DNA of 64,000 nt from an uncultured Acidimicrobiia bacterium. GTDB lineage: Bacteria; Actinomycetota; Acidimicrobiia; Spongiisociales; UBA11373. Within the stretch, counting starts at the first letter, position 1; each line of letters begins with the position of its first letter. The notes beneath the pieces are model-generated. The model was not told where the DNA came from. It was given only the letters and a program-made list of their open reading frames with translations, and made no database searches. The stretch is taken from NCBI GenBank assembly GCA_964511945.1, contig CAZEHO010000004.1:41193-105192 (forward strand), written 5' to 3'. Positions 29,755 through 39,583 of the stretch are shown here, piece by piece. The position numbers and the translations under genes were made by a program.

Positions 29755-30054
29755 CTGGACCCACTGCGGCACCCCGACCTGCAGCGGCTCGGCCGTGAGC
29801 TGCGGCGCCAGATGGACGACACACTCGACGCGGAACTCAACGCCGCCCGGGCGGCGGCCCGTCGCCGCCTGACGTTGCGAGATGCATTGCTGACCGCCGA
29901 GGACCGGCGGGAGGAGGTGGCGGTCTCGGCCACTGACGGCCAGGTGTACCGGGGCAACGTGATCGCAGTCGGCACCGACCACTGCGAACTCGAGGACGGA
30001 CGGGTGACCCGCCTCATCGCCATCGACCACATCGTCATGGTGAGGATCCGGTGA
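29755..30054 (+). CDS. Small protein heading the Tad operon (helix plus Sm-like beta barrel); probable CTG start
   Basis: GGAGGAGG RBS then CTG GAC CCA CTG; GTGA overlap with the next gene. Confidence 0.6.
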   Translation: MDPLRHPDLQRLGRELRRQMDDTLDAELNAARAAARRRLTLRDALLTAEDRREEVAVSATDGQVYRGNVIAVGTDHCELEDGRVTRLIAIDHIVMVRIR

Positions 30055-30635
30055 ACCGGTTCTCCCTGAACCGCCGAACCTTCCTGGGTGCCGGGCTGGC
30101 CGTCCTCGCCGCCGTCATGGTGATCGTCGTCACCAGGCCTCCGAGCACTGCGACGGTGCTGGTGGCAGGTGAGGACCTCGGCGCCGGGACATCGCTGGAG
30201 GTGGGATCGCTGGCCCTTCGCAACGTGTCCGACCTGGAAGGGCTGGTCGAGGCATCCGATCCGGCCGACTTCGCAGGGTGGTCCCTTGCCGCTCCGCTCA
30301 GCAAAGGGGAGCCGGTTCCACGATCACTCCTTAGAGTCGGGTCCCGCCGGTCGCACCCCGACGTGGTCGCACTGGCTCTCGATGAGGATCACGCTGTGCT
30401 CGGCGTGCTCGTCGCCGGCGATCTGGTCGACATCTACGTCACCACCACCGGAGAGGAAGTGTCGACCTCGCTCATCGCCACCCAGGTCTATGTGGTCGAC
30501 GTCATCGCAGGAGACGACGGGTTCGGATCCAACCGCTCGGCCCGCCTACTGCTCGCCGCCGACAGGGAACTGGCCGCAACGATCATCGCCGCACTGCATG
30601 CCGGCAACATCGATCTGGTGCGGGTGGCCCGTTGA
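30051..30635 (+). CDS. Flp pilus assembly protein CpaB/RcpC-like (SAF domain)
   Basis: N-terminal TM, VLVAGEDLGAG, LSKGEPV, LVAGDLVDIYVT. Confidence 0.85.
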   Translation: MNRFSLNRRTFLGAGLAVLAAVMVIVVTRPPSTATVLVAGEDLGAGTSLEVGSLALRNVSDLEGLVEASDPADFAGWSLAAPLSKGEPVPRSLLRVGSRRSHPDVVALALDEDHAVLGVLVAGDLVDIYVTTTGEEVSTSLIATQVYVVDVIAGDDGFGSNRSARLLLAADRELAATIIAALHAGNIDLVRVAR

Positions 30636-31675
30636 CTCCGGCCGTCGCCACCGTGCTGTCCGCCCGGGACTGGGAACACGAACTCGTCGCACTCGCCCGG
30701 GATAGCGCCGCCGTCCGGCTCGTGTTGCGGGCCTACCGGCCAGAAGAGGTCGACCAGGAGGCCGGGCAGATCGACGTCCTGGTGGCCGGAGCGGAGACCG
30801 CCTGGGTCACACCGGCCAAGGTCGCTGCCTGGCGGCGCACCGGGCTGCGCATCGTCGGGGTGTATCCCCGCGGCGATCTCCCGGCACGCGACCGCCTGGC
30901 AGCCGGTGGAGCCGACGAGGTCATCCCCGACGACACTCCGGTCTCCGCCATCGTCCAGATGATCCGCCTCCTCAGGCCGAAGGCCGCCGCCCCGAGCAGA
31001 TCGGCGGCCGCCCCCCCGGTCACAGTGGTGACCGGACCGCGCGGGGCCCCGGGCTGCACCGAGGTGGCGCTGAGCGTGGCCTGGACCTGGGCCCTCGAGG
31101 ACGACGTGGTGCTCATCGACCTCGATGTGACGGCTCCATCCCTGGCCGTTCGACTGGGCCGGCCGCCCCGGCCCGACGTCACCGACGCCGCCGATGCCGT
31201 CCACACCGACGGGAGGATCCCGGATGACATCGTGCAGCGTGCAGGTCCGCTGCGCCTGATCGTCGGATCCCACCGGCCGGGTGATGGGGTTCCGGCCGAT
31301 CTGCTCCACGACGTCGTCGTTGCGGCAACGGCGACCGGCCGGCGGGTAGTCATCGACGCCGGTCCCCGAGCCGCCGACGACCCGATCCTCAAGCACGCTC
31401 CCGACATCCTCCTGGTCGCCGAAGGGTCGCCGGTCGGGCTGGTTCGGGCTGCAGAACTGGTCGCAGGTTGGGTGGGGCCCCGGCCCCGCCTCATCCTGAA
31501 CCGGGTACACGACCGGACCCGCGAGGACGTCACCGCCGCCGCCCGCCGCTGGACCGGCCTGGAGCCCTCGGTCGTGCTCCCGAACTTGCGGTCGGTCCCG
31601 TCTGCCGCCCGGCGCGCCATGGCACCGCACCGGAGCATGCGGCACCGGCTGCTCGCCATCGAGGCTCCGGCATGA
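30632..31675 (+). CDS. CpaE/TadZ-like protein (receiver-like plus degenerate MinD/ParA domain)
   Basis: VTGPRGAPGCTEVA deviant P-loop, VLIDLD, VVIDAG, LILNRV. Confidence 0.8.
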   Translation: MTPAVATVLSARDWEHELVALARDSAAVRLVLRAYRPEEVDQEAGQIDVLVAGAETAWVTPAKVAAWRRTGLRIVGVYPRGDLPARDRLAAGGADEVIPDDTPVSAIVQMIRLLRPKAAAPSRSAAAPPVTVVTGPRGAPGCTEVALSVAWTWALEDDVVLIDLDVTAPSLAVRLGRPPRPDVTDAADAVHTDGRIPDDIVQRAGPLRLIVGSHRPGDGVPADLLHDVVVAATATGRRVVIDAGPRAADDPILKHAPDILLVAEGSPVGLVRAAELVAGWVGPRPRLILNRVHDRTREDVTAAARRWTGLEPSVVLPNLRSVPSAARRAMAPHRSMRHRLLAIEAPA

Positions 31676-32685
31676 GCGACGACCGCCTCGGGTTCGTCGG
31701 CCCGCTCCTCGAGGACCCCACAGTCGAGGAGATCATCCTCCTCGGCGGGGGCCGCACATTCGTCGTCCGCAACGGATGCAAAACGCTGCTGCCCGAGGTC
31801 GCCGATCGGGCCACGATCAGGCGAATCGCCGACCAGCTCCTCAGTGGGACCGGCCGACGGGTCGATCTGGCGAACCCGATCGTTTCCGCTCAACTCCCCG
31901 ACGGCAGCCGGGTGCACATCACCGGCCCCCCGGTGACCCACCCGGATCTGCTCAACATCCAGATCCGCAAATTCGTCCTCCGCGCGGTGGGACTCGACCA
32001 CCTCATCGAGCAGGGCTCACTCACGGAACCGGCCGCCCAGGTGCTGCGCGATGCGGTGGCGTCGGAACAAACGATTCTGGTCGCCGGTGCTCCGGGTGCC
32101 GGGAAGACCACACTCGTCAACTGCCTGCTCAACGAGGTTGCCCCGGATCGCCGCGTCGTCACCTGCGAAGAGGTCTTCGAAGTCCGCTCCGATCTGCCCG
32201 ACATGACCCAGATGCAGACACGCCAGGCCGGCCTTGACGGTGGTGGCGAGATCACGCTGCGTGACCTGGTGAGGGAGTCACTGCGCCAGCGCCCGGATCG
32301 CATCGTCGTCGGCGAAGTGAGGGGTCCCGAGGCGCTCGACATGCTGATGGCGCTCAATGCAGGCTGCTCGGGGCTCGCCACACTCCATGCGAACTCGGCG
32401 GCCGATTCACTGGAGAAGTTGGTCGGGTACTGCGTGCTGGCCGGGCAGAACATCTCGATGCCCTTCGTACGCCGAACCGTCGCCGCGGTCACCGATCTCG
32501 TCGTCTTCCTGCGACGCAACCCCCAGGGCCGGCTCATCGACGAGATAGCGGCCGTGGACGGTTCACCGAACGGCGAGGGGTTCTCCACCCGGCCGCTGTT
32601 CCGCCGCACCGAGGGGCGGCTCCGCTGGACCGGAATCCGCCCCGAACCGTCCTCGCCGGCGCAGCGTCTGGAGCGGCCTGCGTGA
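31672..32685 (+). CDS. tadA: Tad pilus secretion ATPase CpaF/TadA
   Basis: LLEDPTVEEI, LPDGSRV, Walker A GAPGAGKTT, LRQRPDRIVVGEVRG, TLHANS. Confidence 0.93.
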   Translation: MSDDRLGFVGPLLEDPTVEEIILLGGGRTFVVRNGCKTLLPEVADRATIRRIADQLLSGTGRRVDLANPIVSAQLPDGSRVHITGPPVTHPDLLNIQIRKFVLRAVGLDHLIEQGSLTEPAAQVLRDAVASEQTILVAGAPGAGKTTLVNCLLNEVAPDRRVVTCEEVFEVRSDLPDMTQMQTRQAGLDGGGEITLRDLVRESLRQRPDRIVVGEVRGPEALDMLMALNAGCSGLATLHANSAADSLEKLVGYCVLAGQNISMPFVRRTVAAVTDLVVFLRRNPQGRLIDEIAAVDGSPNGEGFSTRPLFRRTEGRLRWTGIRPEPSSPAQRLERPA

Positions 32686-33488
32686 GATCGATCGCCGTGG
32701 TGGCGGCGGCATGTGCCGCGTGGACCCTCGCCGGCGGTGTTCTCCCACCGGCACCACATGTCACGATCGACCGTGGCCGCATGCACGAACTCCCGGTGGC
32801 TCTCGCAGCCGGGGTCATCGGCTTCGCCGCCTCCTTCGGTCTGAGCGGTGACCCGGTGATCGGACTCGCCGTCGGGTTCCTGGCGGCGGCGATTCCCCCG
32901 GTCGTCGTCGGATCCCGCCGGCGAGCCCGGGCACAGCGGACGGCCGACCGCTGGCCCGATTTCCTGGGCATCATGCAGGGGCACCTCGCCGGCGGCGCCA
33001 CCGTCCCCGAGGCGACGATCGCCGCCGGCCGCCAGGTCAGCTCGGAGTTCGCCGTCCTCAGCAACCAGCTGGCCGAGGCCATGGCCGTGGGCCAGCCCTT
33101 CGCCGAAGCGCTGAACGAAGCGCGCCGCACTTGGGAGGATCCGCTCGCCGATCGTGTCCTCATGACCCTGGCGGCGGCCGCCGCAACCGGCGGACGAAAC
33201 GTCGCCTCCACTCTCGGTGCCCTGGCCGCGTCGGTCTCCGACGAGCTGCGGCTCCGCCACACCCACGAAGCTTCACTCACCCAGCAACGACTGACGGCCT
33301 CGGTGGCGCTCTTCGCACCCTGGGTGCTGCTCATCCTGACCACGTCGACCAACCCGCAGGCCGCCGCCGCCCTGGCGCGGCCGACCGGCCGGCTCATCGT
33401 CCTCGGCGGCCTGGCGGCGACGTCCCTCGGCTACGTCCTTGCTCGCAGAACCGCCCGCCTGAGCGAACCACCCAGGGTGTTTCGATGA
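32682..33488 (+). CDS. TadB-like type II secretion F-family protein
   Basis: TM segments, WPDFL...LAGGATV.EA, follows tadA. Confidence 0.85.
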   Translation: MRSIAVVAAACAAWTLAGGVLPPAPHVTIDRGRMHELPVALAAGVIGFAASFGLSGDPVIGLAVGFLAAAIPPVVVGSRRRARAQRTADRWPDFLGIMQGHLAGGATVPEATIAAGRQVSSEFAVLSNQLAEAMAVGQPFAEALNEARRTWEDPLADRVLMTLAAAAATGGRNVASTLGALAASVSDELRLRHTHEASLTQQRLTASVALFAPWVLLILTTSTNPQAAAALARPTGRLIVLGGLAATSLGYVLARRTARLSEPPRVFR

Positions 33489-34270
33489 CCTTGCTCCTGG
33501 CAGGCATCACCGCCGTCGCGGTGTACCTGCTGGCGACCAGGCGCTCCGATGGCCGTCTTGGAGACCGGCTCGCCTCTTACGTCATGGCGGAACGCAGTCC
33601 CGGACCCGCCGAACCCGGGACAGGGCCACGGATACCGGGCGACATCGTGCGTCGTGTCACCGCGGCAGGAGCCGGCGCGGTGATCGGCGCCCTGATCGGT
33701 CTCACCACTCCGGCGGCCGGCGGTGCCCGCCCGGTGCTGGGGATGGCGCTCGCCGGGGCGGGGTCCGGATTCCTCGCAGTGAAGGTGGCCGCCACCCAGC
33801 GAGCCGAGGCCCGCCGCCGCACCCTCCGCCAGGAGCTACCGACGGTCGCCGACGCCCTCGCCCTCCACATCCAGGCGGGCGACCCGATCCCGACGGCCAT
33901 CGCCCGATTGTGTGCAGAGGCGGGAGGGGTCGTCGTCTCCGACCTCGAGCGGGTCCTCGTACGGCATCGATCCGGCACCGGGCTCGCCGAGGCCCTCGGC
34001 CGCTCTGCTCGGGCCGCGGAGCATCCCGACGCGGCGCGCCTCTATGAGGCGCTCGCCCACGCTCATCACACCGGGGGCCGCCTGGCAGATCGGCTCACCG
34101 CCCTGGCGCAGGACTTCCGGTCTGCGATCTCCCGCGATCTGGTGGCCGAAGGTGGCCGCCGCGCCCTCGCCACCTACGGCCCGATCCTGGCCCTGCAGAT
34201 CCCGGTGACCCTGCTCTTCCTCGTGTACCCGACGCTCGTCAGCCTCGGCGAGCTCTCTGCAACCCCATGA
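33485..34270 (+). CDS. TadC-like type II secretion F-family protein
   Basis: ELPTVADALALHIQAG, IPVTLLFLVYP; ATGA overlap. Confidence 0.85.
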   Translation: MTLLLAGITAVAVYLLATRRSDGRLGDRLASYVMAERSPGPAEPGTGPRIPGDIVRRVTAAGAGAVIGALIGLTTPAAGGARPVLGMALAGAGSGFLAVKVAATQRAEARRRTLRQELPTVADALALHIQAGDPIPTAIARLCAEAGGVVVSDLERVLVRHRSGTGLAEALGRSARAAEHPDAARLYEALAHAHHTGGRLADRLTALAQDFRSAISRDLVAEGGRRALATYGPILALQIPVTLLFLVYPTLVSLGELSATP

Positions 34271-34285
34271 CGAAAGGAGACGACG

Positions 34286-34474
34286 ATGCTCGAAGCGCTG
34301 GTGCGTTTCACGATCTGGCTCGACGACGACGACCGCGGGGTCACCACAGTCGAGTGGCTGGGCATGGCGGCGATTGCGGTGCTCGTGATTGCGATGCTGC
34401 TGCCGCAGGTGAGGTCCGCATCAGGCAACCTGTGGAACACGATCGTGAACCAGCTCACCGGGTTCTTCAACTAG
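34286..34474 (+). CDS. Flp-type major pilin
   Basis: RBS AAAGGAG; DDRG|VTTVEW followed by a hydrophobic helix; 62 aa. Confidence 0.85.
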   Translation: MLEALVRFTIWLDDDDRGVTTVEWLGMAAIAVLVIAMLLPQVRSASGNLWNTIVNQLTGFFN

Positions 34475-34848
34475 CCGCCGGAGGGGACCGCCAGGTCGGA
34501 TCTGCGATCGTCGATGGTGTCGCCGCCCTCGGAGTTGCTTTCCTCCTTCTGGTGCTCCTGCTGCAGATCGGCGTGGCAATGGCCGCTCGGGAATCCGCCC
34601 AAGCGGCCGTTGCCGGCGCCGCGAGGACTGCGGCCCGGCCCGGAGCGGACCTGGACGATATCGACCGCTCCCTCACCGCGCTGCTGGGCCGCACGGTTCC
34701 CGGGGCGCGCGACATCGCGGCGCAGGTGCGCCACCGCGACGAGCAGGCGGTCGCCGTCGCACAGATCAGGGTGACACCACCGGGTCCCGATTGGATGCCG
34801 ATCGTCATCCGGGTGAGCGCTCGAGCGGCTCTGGTGGTGCCGCCGTGA
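34432..34848 (+). CDS. TadE-like minor pilin (start uncertain)
   Basis: G|SAIVD plus hydrophobic helix, AQAAVAGAARTAAR; nearest canonical start is GTG 34432 inside flp. Confidence 0.65.
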   Translation: MEHDREPAHRVLQLAAGGDRQVGSAIVDGVAALGVAFLLLVLLLQIGVAMAARESAQAAVAGAARTAARPGADLDDIDRSLTALLGRTVPGARDIAAQVRHRDEQAVAVAQIRVTPPGPDWMPIVIRVSARAALVVPP

Positions 34849-35198
34849 GCCGTGGGAGCGCACTGCTCGAAGTACTCGTCATCGGAGCACTGATCGCCCT
34901 GGCGGTCGCTCAGGCTGCACTGGCGGCCGGCCGGCTCCACGCTGCAGGGGATCAAGCAACGGAAGCCGCGCAAGTTGCAGCCGCATGGGCCGCCAGGCAT
35001 GGGAGCACCGCCGACGCCGAGCGGGTCGCACGCGAGCTCGCCCCCGACGCCCGCCGGGTGCAGGCAACCCTCTCCGGCAACGAGATCACCGTCGTCGTGA
35101 AGATGGAAGTCGGTCTCATCGGCGGCGTGTGGCCGTCCCGTCTGGTCGCAGGGCGGGCAACCGCCCGCATCAGCACCTATCGGAGCAACCGTGAATGA
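34845..35198 (+). CDS. TadE/F-like minor pilin
   Basis: RG|SALLEVLVI..., AAQVAAAWAAR, STYRS end. Confidence 0.78.
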   Translation: MSRGSALLEVLVIGALIALAVAQAALAAGRLHAAGDQATEAAQVAAAWAARHGSTADAERVARELAPDARRVQATLSGNEITVVVKMEVGLIGGVWPSRLVAGRATARISTYRSNRE

Positions 35199-35589
35199 AC
35201 GAGGCACCGTGAGCCCCGTCCTGGTGCTCCTGCTCGCGGCCGGAGTCGCCGCGCTTGCCCTCGCCGTCGACCTGGGCCGGTTCGCCGCCGTCAACCGCGA
35301 GGTGGCATACGCCGCCGATGCCGGTGCCGAAGCCGGGGCCGGCCGGATCGACCAGGCGGCCGCCTACCGGGGAGAGATCGTCCTGGATCTCAGGGACGCG
35401 GAGCGGGTTGCCCGGCGCACCGTCCGGCGAGCCCGGGGCAGGTATGGACGCAACGTCGACGTGGGGGTCACACCCGACGTGATCTGTGTCACCGTGCACC
35501 GGATGTTCGAGCCCGGCCTGCTCCGCGCCTTTGGTGTCGGACCTCGGGAAGTGACGGCAACCTCGTGCGCCGCCCCTCGCGCCGGATAG
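35191..35589 (+). CDS. TadG-like pilus protein
   Basis: ERG|TVSPV...LAVDLGR...AADAGAEAGA. Confidence 0.8.
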   Translation: MNERGTVSPVLVLLLAAGVAALALAVDLGRFAAVNREVAYAADAGAEAGAGRIDQAAAYRGEIVLDLRDAERVARRTVRRARGRYGRNVDVGVTPDVICVTVHRMFEPGLLRAFGVGPREVTATSCAAPRAG

Positions 35590-35689
35590 AGGTGATAACC
35601 GGGGAGGTTGTCCCTGGCGGGATGGTGTGATCGGCTGATGTGGTGAGCCCTCCGACGAGACACGTCCCCGGCCGGCGTGAACCCAGCCG

Positions 35690-36694
35690 CTAGGCGGGAG
35701 GAGCCGTGGTCTTGCGAACGACGAGTTCGAGCGGCATCTCGATCGAAGCAGGACCGTTGTGGTCGTCGCCCGAAACCGCACCCATCAGCAGTTCCGCACC
35801 CCTGCAGCCGGAGTCGTAGAGCGGTTGGGCCACCGTGGTGAGGCCGAGGTATGGAGACACCTCGATGTCGTCGAAGCCCACGACCGACAGATCGTCCGGA
35901 ATCCGCAAACCGGCGGACCTGACTGCTTCGAGGACCCCAAAGGCCTGGAGATCGGACGCGGCGAAGATGGCCGTCGGTGGATCGGGAAGCTGCAGCAGCT
36001 CGGCGGTGATCGCGGTTGCCGCCTCGCGGCCGTGCTCGGCGAGACGGAAGTAATCGGGACGGACCTCCCCGCCGGCGTCCTTGAGGGCCTTGCAGTAGCC
36101 GACGCCGCGGTCGGCGCTGGAGGTGAACCCGAAACTCTCATCGAATTCGTCGCCGATGAAGGCGATCCGCTCATGGCCCAGCTCGATGAGATGGTTGGTG
36201 GCGATCCGTCCCCCCTCCGCGTCCTCGACGAAGACGTGGGGCAGACCCGACACCTTGCGATCAATGAAGACGACCGGGGCATCGACCCGCTGCAGCCTGG
36301 AAAGGATCGCCTCGTCGACCGCCAGTGACATGACGACCACCCCGGCAAAACGATCCGACCCGCTGGCGAGCGCCAGACGTTCGTCGCGCTGCGCCGGCGT
36401 CTCCACGGCGTAGAGAACCAGGTCGTAGTCGCTCTGGTTGATCGCCTCGGCGAGTCCTCGCAGGCGCAGGACCGCAGACGGACGGGTGAAGAAGGGGGCA
36501 ATGACCGCCATCGTCGACGTCCGGCCGAGTGACAGGGCGCGCGCCACGGTGCTCGGGCGATATCCCAGATCCTCGATGACCTGCTGGACGCGCTCGCGGG
36601 TCGCATCGCTCACCAGCGGGCTGTCGTTGAGCACCCGCGACACGGTGCCGACACCGACGCCGGCCGCCTTGGCCACATCATGGATGGTGGACAG
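35690..36694 (-). CDS. LacI-family transcriptional regulator (probable CTG start)
   Basis: GGGAGG-N6-CTG gives [23 protein letters not shown]; LGYRPS..ARAL; [11 protein letters not shown]; LTTVAQP. Confidence 0.93.
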   Translation of the reverse strand: MSTIHDVAKAAGVGVGTVSRVLNDSPLVSDATRERVQQVIEDLGYRPSTVARALSLGRTSTMAVIAPFFTRPSAVLRLRGLAEAINQSDYDLVLYAVETPAQRDERLALASGSDRFAGVVVMSLAVDEAILSRLQRVDAPVVFIDRKVSGLPHVFVEDAEGGRIATNHLIELGHERIAFIGDEFDESFGFTSSADRGVGYCKALKDAGGEVRPDYFRLAEHGREAATAITAELLQLPDPPTAIFAASDLQAFGVLEAVRSAGLRIPDDLSVVGFDDIEVSPYLGLTTVAQPLYDSGCRGAELLMGAVSGDDHNGPASIEMPLELVVRKTTAPPA

Positions 36695-36719
36695 AATCTG
36701 CCTCCCGGGACTTCTCCGC

Positions 36720-36739
36720 TGGAACCGGTTCCGGTTCCA
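36720..36739. promoter_or_regulatory. LacI-type operator palindrome
   Basis: GGAACCGGTTCC at 36721-36732 with an extra GGTTCC half-site, just upstream of the LacI gene. Confidence 0.7.
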
Positions 36740-36827
36740 AGCGGACGGTACCGGACAAACTGCCGACCGACAATGCCGGACGGCCCTTCCGAACGGCGAG
36801 AGGTCCCGAACTGCCGAGGGGTACCGG

Positions 36828-38006
36828 CTACTCGAGGGGATCCGGCTGCCGTGCCACCGGCAGCGGTGGCAGCAGCGCCCGGAACACGATCGGCGCCAGG
36901 GTGGCCGTCAGGATCGCCAGCACGATGATGCTGGCCTCGTCCACCCGCTCAATCACACCGAGCCGCACACCGAGTTCGGCCACCGCGATGATCAGGCTGA
37001 GCCGGGCCGACAGCAGGAACCCGGCCGCCGCCGATTCCCGCAGACTGTGCTGGCGGAACACCAGCAGCAGCGACGGGACCAGCTTCACGCCCACCGCAGC
37101 GGCCAGCAGCACGAGGACGCCGCCGATCGCACCCGGTTCCCGCAGTGCATCGAGGTCGAAGTTGATCCCGACATCCACGAAGAACACCGGGATCAGGAAT
37201 CCGTAGGAGAATCCGCTGAGCTGCTGGCCCAGGGTGCCCCGGTTGCGGAACACCAGTGCGAAACCGGTACCTGCGATGAAGGCACCGAGAATCGGCTCGA
37301 TGCCGAAGGCGATCGCGATGCCGACGAACACCAGCATGATCGCCAGCGAGGCGCGGGTCCCGAACTCCTCGGGATCGTCGATCTCGAACATGCGGTCGAA
37401 CCATTCCGGCTTCCACCACACCAGGCGCCGCATTCCCAGCAACCCGACCGTGACCGCCGCCAGGAACCCGGGGATCAGGAGCAGGCGCAGCCCGCCACCG
37501 TGTTCCTCCACCAATGCAAACAGCGCGACGCCGAGCAGCGTGAGGAAATCGGCGAGGATCGCCGCCACCAGGATCACCTGGCCGAGCCGGGTCCCCGCCC
37601 GTCGAGTGGATCGCAGAGTCGGCACGACGAGGCCCACCGACGTCGTGGCAAGCACGAACGTCATGAAGAACCCATAGCCCATTGCCCTGCTGACGAAGTA
37701 GGCCCCGGCAAACGTCATACCAAAGATCCCGAGGGCGGTCAGCAGCTGCCCGATGCCGCGACGGCTGAAGGTGCGCACATCGACCTCGAATCCGGCCAGG
37801 AACATCAGCAGCAGGAAGCCGAAGTCGGCCAGCCGATCGAGGAACTCGGCAGGCTCGACGATGCCGAACACGGGCCCGACCAAGATCCCGAAGAGGATCT
37901 CGAGCACCACTGCAGGGACCCGGGCCCACTTCGCCACCACCGGCAGCAGAAACGCCGCGATGACGATGACGATGAGGTCGACTGCTGCCTGCTCGCCGGG
38001 CTCCAT
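36828..38006 (-). CDS. CPA2-family cation:proton antiporter
   Basis: ~12 TM, EILFGILVGP, FLAGFEVD, TTSVG, FLIPVFFV.VG. Confidence 0.9.
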   Translation of the reverse strand: MEPGEQAAVDLIVIVIAAFLLPVVAKWARVPAVVLEILFGILVGPVFGIVEPAEFLDRLADFGFLLLMFLAGFEVDVRTFSRRGIGQLLTALGIFGMTFAGAYFVSRAMGYGFFMTFVLATTSVGLVVPTLRSTRRAGTRLGQVILVAAILADFLTLLGVALFALVEEHGGGLRLLLIPGFLAAVTVGLLGMRRLVWWKPEWFDRMFEIDDPEEFGTRASLAIMLVFVGIAIAFGIEPILGAFIAGTGFALVFRNRGTLGQQLSGFSYGFLIPVFFVDVGINFDLDALREPGAIGGVLVLLAAAVGVKLVPSLLLVFRQHSLRESAAAGFLLSARLSLIIAVAELGVRLGVIERVDEASIIVLAILTATLAPIVFRALLPPLPVARQPDPLE

Positions 38007-38010
38007 GTGG

Positions 38011-39453
38011 CTACCGACGATACGGGACGACAATGACCGATGAGTCGAGCCGTGACACCACCAGTCCGGCGACTCCCGGCGTGATCACCGACGGGTTACG
38101 GCGCCGCTGCCCCAGCACGACCAGCGACGATCGATCCGCCCAGGATGCGATCAGCCGGACCTCGTTGCCCTGCTCGACCACCCGGCGCACATCGACTCCC
38201 TGCACCGCCGCCTCCTGCTGCACCATGGCGGCGGTCCGCAATGCCTCCTCGCGGGCATCATCCCCGGCCATAAACAGCGGCGGGATCACCGAGATCGCGA
38301 CCATCGCGGCGTCCTCGTATGCGGCGACATCCATCGCTGCAGCGGCGGCGGCCCGGCCGGCCGGGGTGTCGCGCGCCGGAACCACGACACGGTGATACGG
38401 GTACGACCCGCGGGAGATCAGCACCGGCCGCTGCCGGCGGGCAACCGACCGCAGCAGGCGCGCCACGCGGAACCGCCACCGGAACAGCCCGACCCGGGGC
38501 GGCGCCACCACGATCAGGCCGGGGTCGAGCGCCAACTCCCCGCTGAGCGCCGCCTTCTCCGGATCGCCGTCCACCGAAACGGTCTTGACCTCACAGCCCT
38601 CGGCCAGGCGAAGCGCCGCATCCACCATCTGTTCGATCCGTTCGCCTTGCGCTCCTCGAGCTGAGGCGGGATCGCGATGCACGAAGATGATTCCGGAGGC
38701 CCGGCTTCCCCGGGCCACATGCACGGCCTCTCTCACGAGTCCGTCGATGTCGCCCGGGGTCCGCAGCGGAACGACCACGGAACTCCCGAAATCGGTCGGG
38801 AACCGTGCCACCCGAGCGGTGAAGGTGTCGACCATCGAGACGAAATCGGCGGCGCTGCCGACCACGGTGACGACGTCCTCCTCCTCGAACACCGTGTCGC
38901 CGTGAGGAATGATCAACTCGCCGCGTCGCAGGATCGCAACCACAACCCATCCTTCGCCGGGAACGTCGCGCAGTGCCATACCGCACACCGGGGACCGGGA
39001 CACGATGCGGAAGTCGAACCCCTCAGCGCGGCCGTCGGCGAAACCGGCCGAAAACACCCTCCTCGGCTCCAACAGGGACACGAACCGCCGGGCGACGAGC
39101 CGGTCCGGCGAGAACGCCGGGACACCAAGATCGCGGTACGCCGGCAGCCGCTCCGGATCGGCCGCCAGGGCGACACAGCGGCCACCGGCAACCTGCACGT
39201 GCCGGGCGACCGCGAGGTTCACACCGTCGTCGTCGGCCGCCGCCACGAGCAGCGAGCCCTCCTCGAGTCCGGCAACCCGCAGCACGTCGGGGTCGGTCGG
39301 GCTGCCGAGGACGGGACGCATCGGCCTGATCGGTTCGACCTCCTCGAGACCGGTGGCGTCGTCATCGACCACCACGACGTCCCAACGTTTGCGAGCCAGG
39401 CGGCGGAGCAGAGCCCGGGCGGCATTGCCCGTCCCCACCACGATGACCTCCAT
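38011..39453 (-). CDS. TrkA-like RCK_N/RCK_C protein fused to universal-stress-protein domains
   Basis: VIVVGTG Rossmann start, AILRRGELIIPHGDT, C-terminal USP-like repeats. Confidence 0.8.
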   Translation of the reverse strand: MEVIVVGTGNAARALLRRLARKRWDVVVVDDDATGLEEVEPIRPMRPVLGSPTDPDVLRVAGLEEGSLLVAAADDDGVNLAVARHVQVAGGRCVALAADPERLPAYRDLGVPAFSPDRLVARRFVSLLEPRRVFSAGFADGRAEGFDFRIVSRSPVCGMALRDVPGEGWVVVAILRRGELIIPHGDTVFEEEDVVTVVGSAADFVSMVDTFTARVARFPTDFGSSVVVPLRTPGDIDGLVREAVHVARGSRASGIIFVHRDPASARGAQGERIEQMVDAALRLAEGCEVKTVSVDGDPEKAALSGELALDPGLIVVAPPRVGLFRWRFRVARLLRSVARRQRPVLISRGSYPYHRVVVPARDTPAGRAAAAAAMDVAAYEDAAMVAISVIPPLFMAGDDAREEALRTAAMVQQEAAVQGVDVRRVVEQGNEVRLIASWADRSSLVVLGQRRRNPSVITPGVAGLVVSRLDSSVIVVPYRR

Positions 39454-39583
39454 CGGTCCTCCTCGGCGCGTTCGGGATTGGCGCCGGGTTGGGGGAATTA
39501 TGTCAGCCGAAACCCCCAGGATGTGTGGTTCGTGGGTTGCGGATTCGGGAAGCGGCGTCCACTTCCGGGGGTTGCAGGACACG

